The notes below the pieces were generated by a model, which was given only the letters and a program-made list of their open reading frames with translations, did no database searches and was not told where the DNA came from. DNA of 64,000 bases, taken from the NCBI GenBank assembly GCA_963764715.1, contig CAVXTP010000011.1, forward strand, positions 27,979 through 91,978. The letters run 5' to 3'. The position numbers and the translations under genes were made by a program. The stretch comes from an uncultured Acidobacteriota bacterium. Its GTDB lineage: Bacteria > Acidobacteriota > Thermoanaerobaculia > UBA5066 > Gp7-AA6. This document shows, piece by piece, positions 1 through 9,907 of the stretch (position 1 is the first letter of the stretch; each line of letters starts with the position of its first letter).

Positions 1-686
1 CTGCGGATGCGCTCGTGCATCGCCGGGTCGATCGGCGCGCCGTCCTTGACGTAGCGCTCGTGGTGGGGCCGCCGCGGGTCGTACCGCATGATGTGGACGT
101 GCTGGCGCCCGATCGCGTAGCACCGGAAGTACTCGTCGAAGACGATCTCCTCCTGGAGGGTCATGACGGTCTGCCCCGTCTCCTGGTAGGCGGCGAAGAA
201 CTGCTGCGGGTTCTCCACCCGGTAGACGCTCTTCCAGCCGCCGCCGGAGTAGGGCTTGAAGTAGGCCGGGAAGCCGATGTACTGGAACATCTCGTCCCAC
301 TCGAGCGGGAAGACGAGGTTCGACATCGACTCGGCGGTCGTGTCGGGCGGGTGCTGGTTCGAGGGCAGGATCACCGTCTTCGGCACGGCGACGCCGATGC
401 GGCGGGCCAGGACGTTGTTGAAAAACTTATCGTCCGCCGTCCACCAGAAGGGGTTGTTGACGACGATCGTTCCGTCGGCGACGGCCTTCTTGAGGATGGC
501 CCGGTAGAAGGGGATGTCCTGGCTGATCCGGTCGAGGATCAGGTCGTACCGGCGCGGGCTGTCGAGGCTGATTCCCCCGACGAGGACGGGCTCGGCGACG
601 ACGTCCTGGCCCTCGCGGTTGATGCGCTCGACGAGCGCCAGGGGAAAGGAGCGCTCCTGGCCGAAGAGAATTCCTATGCGTTTCAT
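1..686 (-). CDS. RimK-like ATP-grasp protein (3' end runs off the window)
   Basis: Not in ORF track; manual translation from ATG 686: MKRIGILFGQERSFP...DRISQDIPFYR...VNNPFWWTADDKFF...FPAYFKPYSGGGWKSV, typical of an ATP-grasp/RimK-like family. Confidence 0.8.
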   Translation of the reverse strand, partial: MKRIGILFGQERSFPLALVERINREGQDVVAEPVLVGGISLDSPRRYDLILDRISQDIPFYRAILKKAVADGTIVVNNPFWWTADDKFFNNVLARRIGVAVPKTVILPSNQHPPDTTAESMSNLVFPLEWDEMFQYIGFPAYFKPYSGGGWKSVYRVENPQQFFAAYQETGQTVMTLQEEIVFDEYFRCYAIGRQHVHIMRYDPRRPHHERYVKDGAPIDPAMHERIR

Positions 687-742
687 GTGGGTCCTTCGCT
701 TGTTCTTGATGCCGGGCAGGCCCCGGAGAACCGCGGATTATG

Positions 743-2779
743 TCACGGGGCGGGCGGATTCGAGGGGGCCGCGGGGGGCCCGGGACCCAGCCACCGGGCC
801 ATCCAGGCGAGGTTGCGCTCGGCGAGGTCCCGCACGAGCCGGGGCTCGCGCACGCCGTGGGGCTGGCGGGGATAGGTGACCATCCGGGCGGGGATGCCCC
901 GCCGTTTCAACGCGTTGTAGAACTCGTAGCCCTGCGAGATGGGAACCCGCACGTCGGACTCGCCCTGCTGGATGAGCGACGGCGTCTTCACGCGGCCGAC
1001 GTACGCCATCGGGGAGTGGGCCCAGTACGTCTCGGCGAGCTTCGGCTCCCAGAGCTCGCCGCCGAAGTAGTCGGGAATGAACGAGGGGATGTCCGCAGTG
1101 CCGGTGAACGACAGGAGGTCGGTCACGGGCGCGCCGATCGAGGCGGCCTTGAAGCGGTCGGTCTGCGTCACGATCCACGACGTCATGAACCCGCCGTAGC
1201 TCCAGCCCATCACTCCGAGCCGCTCCGGGTCCGCGATTCCCATGGCGACGACGGCGTCGACCCCGGCCATGAGGTCGCGATAGTCGCCGCCGCCCCAGTC
1301 CTTCTCGTTGGCGCGCCGGAACGCCGTCCCGTAGCCCGACGAGCCCCGCGGGTTCGCGCGCAGCACCGCATAGCCTTCGGCGGCGAAGACCGCGGTCGAG
1401 TACGGGCTCGGCCCGGCGACGTAGGCGAGCTGGAAGACCCCGGCCGGCCCGCCGTGGATGACGAGGAGGAGCGGGCAGCGCTTTCCCGGGACGTACCCGA
1501 CGGGCAGCGTGAGGAGCCCCTCGATCGTCCGGCCTCCGTCTCCCGTCCACGTGATCGCCCGCGTCTCCCCGAACGGGTACTTCGGCATCGCCGCGTTGAC
1601 GCTCGAGAGGCGGACCGGCGCGAACGCCGCGAGCGGGCTCGCCCACGCCTCGGTCGGCTCGGTCGCCGTCTGGCGGACGAACCCGATCCATGCGCCGCGG
1701 GGATCGACGCTCGCGGCGTTGCAGACGGCGCCCGCGGGCGTCAGCGCGCGCAGCGCGCCGGTCGCGACGTCCTGCGCGTAGACGAGCTCGGAAACGTTCT
1801 TCGCCTCGGTGAAATAGATGGTCCGGCCGTCGGCGGACCAGCCGGCGATGTCGGGCGACTCGTCGGGCGAGGCCGGGAGGGTGCGGGAGGGGCCGCCGTC
1901 GAGCGGCGCGAGCCGGATGTTCTCGCGGTGCGGCCAGCGGGGAGGGTCTTCCGTCACGACGTACGCGAGCATGCGGCCGTCCGGCGAGAACCTGGGGGAG
2001 GTCTCGGCCGCGCCCGTCGCGGCGAAGGGCCGCAGCGCTCCGGTGGCGACGTCGACCAAGGAAATGCTGGCGGTCGGCCAGTCGTCGGCGACCGGCCGGG
2101 CCGTGTGCGAGACGGCGATGGTCTTTCCGTCGGGCGACCAGTCGATCGCATCCGGTCCGCCCGGCTGCACGCTCCCCACCGAGAAGCCCGCCGCGAGGAG
2201 CTTGCGGCCCTCGCGCTTGCCCGTCGCGTCGGCCGCGACGCGGATGAGCCAGAGGCGTCCGGGCCGGTCGTCGTCGCCGACCACGCGGGCGTCGTCCCGC
2301 TCCTTCTCGCGCCGCTCGTGGTCCGGGTCGGGCCCCTCGGAGGCGACGTACGCGATCCAGCGCCCATCGGGCGACCAGGCGGCCTCCTTCACGTCGGCCG
2401 GGGCGTCGGTCAGGCGCGTCGCCTCGCCGCCCGAAGCCGGCAGGAGCCAGACGTTGACGGTCTTCTCCCCGCGCTTGGAGAGAAACGCGATCCACTTCCC
2501 GTCGGGCGACCACCGCGGCCGCGTGGCGCTCGACTCGCCGAAAGTGGCCGGCCAGGACTCCCGTCCGTCGGACGTCGCCAGCCAAATGCGCGTCTGGTAC
2601 TCGCTCCGGTCCGGCTCCATGATCGACTCGCGCACGACGAAGGCGGCCCGCCGGCCGTCCGGGGAGATCCGCACGTCGGACACGGGCCGGTACTTGAGCG
2701 TCTCGAGCGGCGTCCAGCGTCCGGGATCGTCCGCGGCGAGCGCGCCGGCCGCGACGAGAAAGAGGAGCGCGGCCCTCAC
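743..2779 (-). CDS. S9 family (prolyl oligopeptidase/dipeptidyl aminopeptidase-like) serine peptidase, secreted
   Basis: GTG start overlapping the corA stop (GTGA); signal peptide; repeated WSPDG beta-propeller motifs; GWSYGG nucleophile, D (GESDVRV) and H (QPHG). Confidence 0.92.
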   Translation of the reverse strand: MRAALLFLVAAGALAADDPGRWTPLETLKYRPVSDVRISPDGRRAAFVVRESIMEPDRSEYQTRIWLATSDGRESWPATFGESSATRPRWSPDGKWIAFLSKRGEKTVNVWLLPASGGEATRLTDAPADVKEAAWSPDGRWIAYVASEGPDPDHERREKERDDARVVGDDDRPGRLWLIRVAADATGKREGRKLLAAGFSVGSVQPGGPDAIDWSPDGKTIAVSHTARPVADDWPTASISLVDVATGALRPFAATGAAETSPRFSPDGRMLAYVVTEDPPRWPHRENIRLAPLDGGPSRTLPASPDESPDIAGWSADGRTIYFTEAKNVSELVYAQDVATGALRALTPAGAVCNAASVDPRGAWIGFVRQTATEPTEAWASPLAAFAPVRLSSVNAAMPKYPFGETRAITWTGDGGRTIEGLLTLPVGYVPGKRCPLLLVIHGGPAGVFQLAYVAGPSPYSTAVFAAEGYAVLRANPRGSSGYGTAFRRANEKDWGGGDYRDLMAGVDAVVAMGIADPERLGVMGWSYGGFMTSWIVTQTDRFKAASIGAPVTDLLSFTGTADIPSFIPDYFGGELWEPKLAETYWAHSPMAYVGRVKTPSLIQQGESDVRVPISQGYEFYNALKRRGIPARMVTYPRQPHGVREPRLVRDLAERNLAWMARWLGPGPPAAPSNPPAP

Positions 2780-3909
2780 AGCCAGCCCCGCTTTCGAAAC
2801 CACACGAGCATGCCGCCGGCGACGACGACGCACACTCCCCAGAAGATCGGGTAGGAGCCTATCCACTGGTTCTCCGGGATGTGCATGTTCATGCCGTAGA
2901 CGCCGGCGAGAAACGTCAGCGGAATGAAGATCGTCCCGATGATCGTGAGCACCTTCATGACCTCGGTCATGCGGTTGGACATGGAGGTCATGTAGGTCTC
3001 GGTGAGGCTCGAGCCCACCTCGCGGTAGGTCTCGATGATGTCCATGATCTGGATGACGTGGTCGTAGACGTCGCGCAGGTAGGTGCGCGTCGTCTCGCTC
3101 ATGCACTCGTGCGGCTCGCGCTGCATCTCGTTGACGACTTCGCGCATCGGCCACATCGCGCGGCGCAGCAGCAGCAGATCCCGCTTGACCGTGTGGACCT
3201 CGTGGATCGTCTCCCGCGTGGGCTGGTCGAGCACGAGGTCCTCGAGCTCCTCGAGGCGGTCGCCGTAGTGCTCGAGCACCGGGAAGCAGTGGTCGACCAT
3301 GGCGTCGATCAGGGCGTAGGCGAGGTAGCTCGCGTCGAGCTCGCGCAGGCGCGAGCCCGGCTTCTCGATGCGCGCGCGGATCGGGTCCCAGATGTCGCCG
3401 GGCGATTCCTGGATGGTGATGACGAGGCCGCGCTCGAGGAACATGCTGATCTGCTCGCTCTCGAGGCGGTCCTCGTTGAGCTGCAGCATGCGCACGATCA
3501 GGAAGAGGTGCGGCGGCCGTTCGCCCTCCGCCGGGTAGGGATCGAGCTTCGGGCGCTGGCCGGTCTGCATCACGTCCTCGATCGCCAGCGGATGGAGGCC
3601 GTACTTGACGGCGAGGGCGCGGATCGCGCCCGGATCGTTCAGGCCGTCGACGTTGATCCAGCGCACCCGGACCCAGGGCTCGCGGCGGCTGCGGATGAAC
3701 TCCTCGAAGTCCGTGACGCGCCGGATCTCGACCTTTTCGGCCGAGTAGTCGATGCACGTGATCGGCACGCGCACCTCCGGGGACGGCATGCTCGCGAGCT
3801 CGTCCACGTCGATGCCCGGCTTCTGTCCCGGGAGCCCGCGGCCGAACCGAATCGGGAGCTCGAGTCCCTCCCCGTCGAGCTCCTCCTCGCCGACGTGCGG
3901 ATAGCTCAT
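2776..3909 (-). CDS. corA: Magnesium/cobalt transporter CorA
   Basis: GLHPLAIEDV, EQISMFL, C-terminal PLTFLAGVYGMN (GMN motif) and two TM helices. Confidence 0.95.
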   Translation of the reverse strand: MSYPHVGEEELDGEGLELPIRFGRGLPGQKPGIDVDELASMPSPEVRVPITCIDYSAEKVEIRRVTDFEEFIRSRREPWVRVRWINVDGLNDPGAIRALAVKYGLHPLAIEDVMQTGQRPKLDPYPAEGERPPHLFLIVRMLQLNEDRLESEQISMFLERGLVITIQESPGDIWDPIRARIEKPGSRLRELDASYLAYALIDAMVDHCFPVLEHYGDRLEELEDLVLDQPTRETIHEVHTVKRDLLLLRRAMWPMREVVNEMQREPHECMSETTRTYLRDVYDHVIQIMDIIETYREVGSSLTETYMTSMSNRMTEVMKVLTIIGTIFIPLTFLAGVYGMNMHIPENQWIGSYPIFWGVCVVVAGGMLVWFRKRGWL

Positions 3910-3995
3910 GTTGCGGGAAGAATACCGCCGCGCCTTTGCAAATGGGGAAGCGGTCTAGCGTCGTCCTCCCGGGCGGGGCGAGGGAACGTTCGGCG

Positions 3996-6125
3996 TCACC
4001 ATATTCGACAGACGTCCTTGCGCACCATCGGGTCGCTCGGCTTGCAGGAGAACGCCGCGGCGAAGGACGCGAGGTTCGACGGCGCTCCGATCGCCCGGAA
4101 CTGCGGCAGCGGGTGCGGGTTGGTGTTCATCAGGAGCTTCGCGAGCTCCGGCCGCACGTGGGCTCCCCAGACGCGGGTCCAGCCCAGGAAGAAGCGCTGG
4201 TCGGCCGAGAAGCCCTCGATCGGCGCCGGCTCGCCGCGGCCGGCGAGCGTGCCGCGGTAGGCGCGGTAGGCGATCGCGAGGCCGCCGAGGTCGGCGATCG
4301 ACTCGCCGAGGACGAGCTTGCCGTTGACGTGCTGGCCCTCGTACTCGTACGCGTCGAATTGGGCCTCGACGCACTTCGCGCGGGCCTCGTAGTTCGCGGC
4401 GTCCTCGGGGGTCCACCAGTCGCTCAGGTTCCCGGACGCGTCGAACTTGCGGCCCTCGTCGTCGAAGCCGTGGGTCAGCTCGTGGCCGATGACGCTGCCC
4501 ATCGCGCCGTAGTTGACGGCGTCGTCGGCCTTCGGGTCGAACAGCGGCGGCTGCAGGATCCCGGCCGGGAAGACGATCTCGTTCAACTGGGCGTCGTAGT
4601 AGGCATTGAGCTCCGGCGGCGTCATCTGCCAGTCCTCGCGGTCGACCGGCCGGCCGATCTTCGAGAGCAGCCGGTGGAACTCGAACTCGCGGGCGCGCTG
4701 GACGTTGAGGACGTACGGCCCGCGGTCGATCGCGAGCGAGGAATAGTCCCTCCAGACGTCGGGGTAACCGATCTTGGGGCGGAAGGTCGCGAGCTTGGCG
4801 ATCGCCTTCTGCCGCGTGGACTCGCCCATCCAGGGAAGCGTCGCCAGGTCGTCGCGCAGCGAGTCGATCAGGTTCCGGACCATCCGGTCGGCCGCGGCCT
4901 TGGCTTCCGGCGGGAAGTGCTCGCGGACGAACGACTTGCCGAGGGCCTGCCCGAGCGCGGCGTCGGTCGAGACCACGCAGCGCTTCCAGCGCACCTCGTT
5001 CTCGGGCGTGCCCTGGAGGGTCTTGCCGAAGAAGTCGAAGTCCGCGTCCACGAAGGCCTTCGAGAGGCTCGGCGCCGCCGCGTTGACGAGCGTCCAGCGC
5101 AGGTACGTCTTCCAGCGGGTGATCGGCGTCGCCCGGATCTCCTTGTTGAAGGCCTCGAAGAACCGGGGCTGGGCGACGTTGACGGCGGCGGGGGCGACTC
5201 CGGCCTGCCGGAAGTAGGCGCTCCACGAGAAATCGGGCGTCAGCGCCACGAGACGGGTGAGGTCCATCCGGTTGTACGTCTTTTCCGAGTCGCGCTGCTC
5301 GACCGGGGTCATCGAGGCCTCGGCGAGGCGGGTCTCGATCGCCATCACCGTCTTTGCGTTCGCGGCGGCGCGCGCCGGGTCGTCGCCGAGGAGCTCGAAC
5401 ATGCGGGCGACGTGGGCGAGGTATTTCTCCCGCATGGCCTTCGACGCGTCGTCGGTCTTCACGTAGTAGTCGCGCTCGGGAAGGCCGAGCCCTCCCTGGG
5501 CCGCGATCGCGATGACCTCGGTGGAGGCCCGCCGGTCCTGTTCCGCCGTGAACTGGAAGACCGCGTTGGCGCCGACGGCCTGGAGCCTGCCGATCTCGGC
5601 CTGGAGATCGGCGGGGGTCGAGATCCCGTCGATGCGGGAGAGCTCGGGCTGGATCGGCCCCGCGCCGGCCGCCTCGATCGCGGCCTCGTCCATGCAGCTC
5701 GCCCAGAAGTCGCCGATCTTGCGCTCGTCCGAGCCCTCGGCGGCGGGGTTCGCAGCGGCCTTCTCGAGGATCGCTCGGAGCCGATCCCGGTTCTGCTCGA
5801 AGAGGATGCTGACGGATCCCCAGTAGGACTGGTCCGGCGGGATCGGATGGGAGGCGAGCCAGCCCCCGTTGCCGAACTGGTTGAGGTCGACGCACGCCGA
5901 GGCGGACCGATCGAGGTCCGCGGGGTCGATGCCCCGGACCGGGCCCGGCGGAGCGGGAGTGGGGGCGGGGGCCTCGGCCACGGGCGTCGGCGCGGCCTTC
6001 GGCGCCGCGGCGGCGGGCGGAGCCGTCGGGGAGGGGGGAGGTGCGGCCGGCGTCGTCGTGCCGCACGCCAGGGCCAGAATCGATGCCGTCGAGATCGCGA
6101 GAATCGACGCGCCCGCTCTCTTCAC
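3996..6125 (-). CDS. M13 (neprilysin-family) zinc metallopeptidase, probable lipoprotein
   Basis: GTG start after GGAGG; lipobox-like LALAC; Pro/Ala linker; NAYY, FPAGILQPP, HELTH, GESIADLGG motifs. Confidence 0.93.
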   Translation of the reverse strand: MKRAGASILAISTASILALACGTTTPAAPPPSPTAPPAAAAPKAAPTPVAEAPAPTPAPPGPVRGIDPADLDRSASACVDLNQFGNGGWLASHPIPPDQSYWGSVSILFEQNRDRLRAILEKAAANPAAEGSDERKIGDFWASCMDEAAIEAAGAGPIQPELSRIDGISTPADLQAEIGRLQAVGANAVFQFTAEQDRRASTEVIAIAAQGGLGLPERDYYVKTDDASKAMREKYLAHVARMFELLGDDPARAAANAKTVMAIETRLAEASMTPVEQRDSEKTYNRMDLTRLVALTPDFSWSAYFRQAGVAPAAVNVAQPRFFEAFNKEIRATPITRWKTYLRWTLVNAAAPSLSKAFVDADFDFFGKTLQGTPENEVRWKRCVVSTDAALGQALGKSFVREHFPPEAKAAADRMVRNLIDSLRDDLATLPWMGESTRQKAIAKLATFRPKIGYPDVWRDYSSLAIDRGPYVLNVQRAREFEFHRLLSKIGRPVDREDWQMTPPELNAYYDAQLNEIVFPAGILQPPLFDPKADDAVNYGAMGSVIGHELTHGFDDEGRKFDASGNLSDWWTPEDAANYEARAKCVEAQFDAYEYEGQHVNGKLVLGESIADLGGLAIAYRAYRGTLAGRGEPAPIEGFSADQRFFLGWTRVWGAHVRPELAKLLMNTNPHPLPQFRAIGAPSNLASFAAAFSCKPSDPMVRKDVCRIW

Positions 6126-6204
6126 GAGTCCTCCTCTTTCCCTTCTTCTTCCTCTGGCGTCCTGCGACGTCCTACGTACCCGGCCCGCTCCAGGTTCATG
6201 CTTC

Positions 6205-6249
6205 GCGTGACGTGGCTCACGCCGTCTCACGCCCCCGTGGCTGTAACCT
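6205..6249 (+). promoter_or_regulatory. CRP-like palindrome plus -10 box (class II-type geometry)
   Basis: GCGTGA-N6-TCACGC at 6205-6222; TAACCT at 6244-6249, 22 nt after the 16-bp core. Confidence 0.5.
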
Positions 6250-6283
6250 CCTTATTTCACACACACCGTCGAGGAGGATCTCC

Positions 6284-7090
6284 ATGCGTCGATTCGTATT
6301 GCTGTTCGTGTCCGCAGCCGTCGTGTTGACGGCGGCCGGTCGGGCCCAGGAACTCGACGCCGCAGACGAGGCGACGGCCGCCCTGCCGCTCGGGCGGGTG
6401 CTCCCCGCCGTGGGCTCCACCGCCGGCGCCGCGGGCTCGTTCTTCAAGACCTCGGTGCAGATCTTCAATCCCGGATTGAACTCGATCTCCGGCCGCTTCG
6501 TCTACCACGCCTCCGGCGCCGCCGGGACCTTCTCGGATCCGGGGATGGACTTCTCGGTCCCCGCGCAGGAGACGCAGACCTGGGACGACATCCTTCCGAC
6601 GATGGGGCTGTCGGGCCTCGGCACTCTCGACATTCTTCTGCCCTCGGCTTCGTCGTCGCCCGCCGTGATCGTGACGCGGGTCTTCAACGACGCCGACGCG
6701 GCCGGCACTGCGGGCTTCACGGAGGAAGCGATCAGCCCCAACGAGACGGGAACCGGCGGGCGCGTGATCACCAACGGGAAATCGGGCTACCTCGTCCTTC
6801 CCGCCGACATGGACCGCTTCCGTTACAACATCGGCCTGCGGACCCTGACCTCCGCGGCGTCCGTGCAGTTCACCGTGCGCGACGCCAACGGGGCGATCAT
6901 CGGCCTCGCGTCGAAGACGATGCCCGCGTCCTCGTTCCTTCAGCAGGAGGCCGGCGCGATGATCGGCATTCCGCTTCCGCCCAACGGGACGATCCGCATC
7001 GTCATCAACGGCGGCGCGACGATCGTCTACGGGGCCACGACCGACAACACCACCAACGACCCCAGCGTCCAGTTCGCCCGATCGTCGTAG
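6284..7090 (+). CDS. Secreted hypothetical protein (VLPAVGSTxGxxGSFFKT-type beta-rich domain)
   Basis: GAGGAG RBS, signal peptide MRRFVLLFVSAAVVL; domain pattern recalled from Thermoanaerobaculia genomes; function unknown. Confidence 0.75.
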   Translation: MRRFVLLFVSAAVVLTAAGRAQELDAADEATAALPLGRVLPAVGSTAGAAGSFFKTSVQIFNPGLNSISGRFVYHASGAAGTFSDPGMDFSVPAQETQTWDDILPTMGLSGLGTLDILLPSASSSPAVIVTRVFNDADAAGTAGFTEEAISPNETGTGGRVITNGKSGYLVLPADMDRFRYNIGLRTLTSAASVQFTVRDANGAIIGLASKTMPASSFLQQEAGAMIGIPLPPNGTIRIVINGGATIVYGATTDNTTNDPSVQFARSS

Positions 7091-7112
7091 CGGGCGTCGC
7101 GGAACGACGAAA

Positions 7113-7136
7113 CGGGGGCGGCCGGCGCCGCCCCCG
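7113..7136. terminator. GC hairpin between convergent genes
   Basis: CGGGGGCGGC...GCCGCCCCCG inverted repeat. Confidence 0.45.
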
Positions 7137-7158
7137 TGAGCTCGAACCGCGGATCGAC

Positions 7159-9663
7159 TTACTGGGGCGTGGCCTGGCCGGCCCCGGACGCGGAGGCCGC
7201 GGCGTAGGTCAGCCGGCCGTTCTCGAGCGACGCGTCGCGCAGCGTCACCGCGAGCGCCTCGGACAGGGTCGTGACCGGGAGGACCTCGATCTGGCCCCGC
7301 ACCGCTTCGGAGAGGTCCTCGAGGTCCGCCTCGTTGTCGCGGGGGATCACGATCGTGCGGATGCCCGCCCGCACGGCCCCGAGGATCTTCTCCTTCAGGC
7401 CGCCGATCGGCAGGACCCGGCCCGAGAGCGTGATCTCGCCGGTCATGGCGACGTCGTTGCGGACGGCGCGGCGCGAGAGCGCCGAGGCGACGGCGGAGGC
7501 CATCGCGAGGCCGGCCGAAGGCCCGTCCTTGGGAATCGCGCCCGCCGGCACGTGGATGTGGATGTCGCGCTCGAAGTCCTTCTCGTCGATCCCGATCAGC
7601 GGCGCGTGGCTCCGGGCGAACGTCCACGCGGCGCGCGCCGACTCCTTCATGACGTCGCCGAGCTGGCCCGTCAGGATGAGCTCGCCCTTGCCGCGCATCA
7701 GCGAGGCCTCCACGAACATGATGTCCCCGCCGGCCGGCGTGTAGTACATGCCGGTCGCGACCCCGATCTGGTCGCCCGGGGCCATCTTCTCGGGGTGCAC
7801 GTGCGGCCGGCCGAGCAGCGGCCGGACGTCCTCGGCCCGGATCTCCGCCTTCTCGATCTCGCGCGCGGCGATCCGGCGCGCGACCTTGCGGGCGAGCTTG
7901 CCGAGCTCGCGCTCGAGCTGGCGCACGCCCGACTCGCGCGTGTAGCTGGAAACGACTTCGCGGATGGCGCCCTCGGTCAGGTCGAGCTGGCCGGGGACGA
8001 GGCCGTTCTCCTCGACCTGGCGCGGGACGAGGTAGCTCTTCGCGATCTGGAGCTTCTCTTCCTCGGTGTAGCCGGCGAAGTTGACGGTCTCCATCCGGTC
8101 GAGCAGCGGGCCCGGGATGTTCTGCACGAAGTTGGCCGTCGCGATGAAGAGGACTTCCGACAGGTCGAAGGGCACGCCCAGGTAGTGGTCCGTGAACGAA
8201 TCGTTCTGCGCCGGGTCGAGCACCTCGAGCAGGGCCGAAGCCGGGTCGCCCTGGTAGGAGACGCCGAGCTTGTCGACCTCGTCGAGGAGGAACACGGGGT
8301 TCTTCGAGCTGGCCTGCTTCATGCCCTGGAGGATGCGGCCCGGCATCGCGCCGATGTACGTGCGCCGGTGGCCGCGGATGTCGGCCTCGTCGCGCGCGCC
8401 GCCGAGCGAGATGCGGACGTATTTGCGGCCCATCGCGCGGGCGATCGACTTGGCGATCGAGGTCTTGCCGACGCCCGGGGGGCCGGCGAAGAGCAGGATC
8501 CGGCCCTTGCCGGAACGCGGCGAGGCATCCTTCGTCTTCTGCGTCGCGGATGGCTCGTCCGCCGTCGCCGCCGCGGTGGCCGGGGTCCCGGCCGAGGCCG
8601 ACGCGGCCGACTTCGCCCGCTCCTCGCCGAGCTGGCGCACGGCCAGGAACTCGAGGATGCGGTCCTTGACGTCCTTCAGGCCGAAGTGGTCCTCGTCGAG
8701 GATCCGGGCGGCCTCGGGCACGTCGAGCTTCTCGTCGCTGCGCGAGTTCCAGGGCAGCTCGGCCACCGTCTCGAGGTAGGTCCGGATGACCTGCGATTCC
8801 ATCGACTCACGGCCGATCCGCGTGAGGCGCTGCCACTCGCGGTCGATTTCCTTGCGGGCGTCGTCGGGAAGGTCGAGCGCGTCGAGCTTCGCGCGCAGCT
8901 CCTTGAGTCCCTCGTCGGACGGGCCGTCGGATTCGCCGAGCTCCTTCTGGATCGCCTTCATCTGCTCGCGCAGGTACATCTCGCGCTGGCGGCTGCCGAT
9001 CTCCTCCTTGACCTTGGACTGGATGTCCTCCTGGGCCGACAGGACGTCGACCTGGCGCTGGACGTGGACGAGGACGCGCCGCAGCCGGTCTTCGACCGAC
9101 AGCGTCTCGAGGAGGACCTGCTTGGCCGCGACGGGAACGTCGAGGTAGCCCGCCACGAGGTCCGCCAGCCGGCCGGGCTCGTCGACTTCGGCGAGGATCT
9201 GCTCGACGGCCTCGTCGGGAAGGCCGAGCTTCTTGCCGAGCTCCGCGGCGCGCTCGCGCGCCTCGCGATGGAGGCCGGCGAACGCCGCGTCGCGCGGATC
9301 GAGCGGCAGCATCTCGTTCGCCTCCTGGACGGTCGCCTCGAGGAAGCCCTGCTTGGTCGGGGCGAGACGCAGGGCGATGCCGCGCGCCTTGCCGTCGAGA
9401 ACGAGACGGATCCCGCCGAGCCCCCGCTGGACCGAGCCGATCGTCGCGATCGTCCCGATCGTGTAGAGGTCGGAGGGGGAGACGGATTCGGACTCGCTGC
9501 GCTGGGCCACGGCGAAGACCCGGTGATCCGGCGAGGCCATGGCCGCCTCGATGGCTCGCAGGGTCCCAGCGCGGCCGGCCGAGATCGGGAAGGTCACGCC
9601 GGGAAAGAGCACGGCGTTCCGCATGGGAACGACCGGAAGCGTCTTCGAGTTATTTTCGGACAT
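7159..9663 (-). CDS. lon: ATP-dependent protease La (Lon)
   Basis: LON N-domain, GPPGVGKT Walker A, LLDEVDK, PKDGPSAG catalytic Ser, IGGLKEK catalytic Lys. Confidence 0.97.
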   Translation of the reverse strand: MSENNSKTLPVVPMRNAVLFPGVTFPISAGRAGTLRAIEAAMASPDHRVFAVAQRSESESVSPSDLYTIGTIATIGSVQRGLGGIRLVLDGKARGIALRLAPTKQGFLEATVQEANEMLPLDPRDAAFAGLHREARERAAELGKKLGLPDEAVEQILAEVDEPGRLADLVAGYLDVPVAAKQVLLETLSVEDRLRRVLVHVQRQVDVLSAQEDIQSKVKEEIGSRQREMYLREQMKAIQKELGESDGPSDEGLKELRAKLDALDLPDDARKEIDREWQRLTRIGRESMESQVIRTYLETVAELPWNSRSDEKLDVPEAARILDEDHFGLKDVKDRILEFLAVRQLGEERAKSAASASAGTPATAAATADEPSATQKTKDASPRSGKGRILLFAGPPGVGKTSIAKSIARAMGRKYVRISLGGARDEADIRGHRRTYIGAMPGRILQGMKQASSKNPVFLLDEVDKLGVSYQGDPASALLEVLDPAQNDSFTDHYLGVPFDLSEVLFIATANFVQNIPGPLLDRMETVNFAGYTEEEKLQIAKSYLVPRQVEENGLVPGQLDLTEGAIREVVSSYTRESGVRQLERELGKLARKVARRIAAREIEKAEIRAEDVRPLLGRPHVHPEKMAPGDQIGVATGMYYTPAGGDIMFVEASLMRGKGELILTGQLGDVMKESARAAWTFARSHAPLIGIDEKDFERDIHIHVPAGAIPKDGPSAGLAMASAVASALSRRAVRNDVAMTGEITLSGRVLPIGGLKEKILGAVRAGIRTIVIPRDNEADLEDLSEAVRGQIEVLPVTTLSEALAVTLRDASLENGRLTYAAASASGAGQATPQ

Positions 9664-9797
9664 TGTGGTCCTTTTTCTCCTTGCCGGTCAGTCGCTTACG
9701 GGCGACGCCGGATCGGGCGCCGGAAATCCTGCATGGACCCCAACCCCCGGCCATGCCCGGCAATTCCAAATACGTGAGTGCCTCCCACGCAGATTCA

Positions 9798-9889
9798 TGG
9801 GGTCAGCCCTGAAAGTCTGAAGTTTCGGTCTAACTTCAAGCGGCACAGTCACTCCCCGCACATACTTCAGATGTGCAGGGCTGACTCCA
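9798..9889. repeat. 92-bp element bounded by 26-bp imperfect inverted repeats (REPIN/MITE-like)
   Basis: TGGGGTCAGCCCTGAAAGTCTGAAGT (9798-9823) versus the reverse complement of 9864-9889, 22/26 identical; lower GC than flanks. Confidence 0.6.
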
Positions 9890-9907
9890 GCCTTCCCCGG
9901 CCTTCTC

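Noticed and set aside
743-3757. Apparent giant fusions (743-3757, 15445-16854, 18971-22171, 33869-36667, 44389-46626, 58423-61209)
   Set aside because: Upstream parts are off-frame read-through of neighbouring genes or frameshift artefacts; true starts are internal
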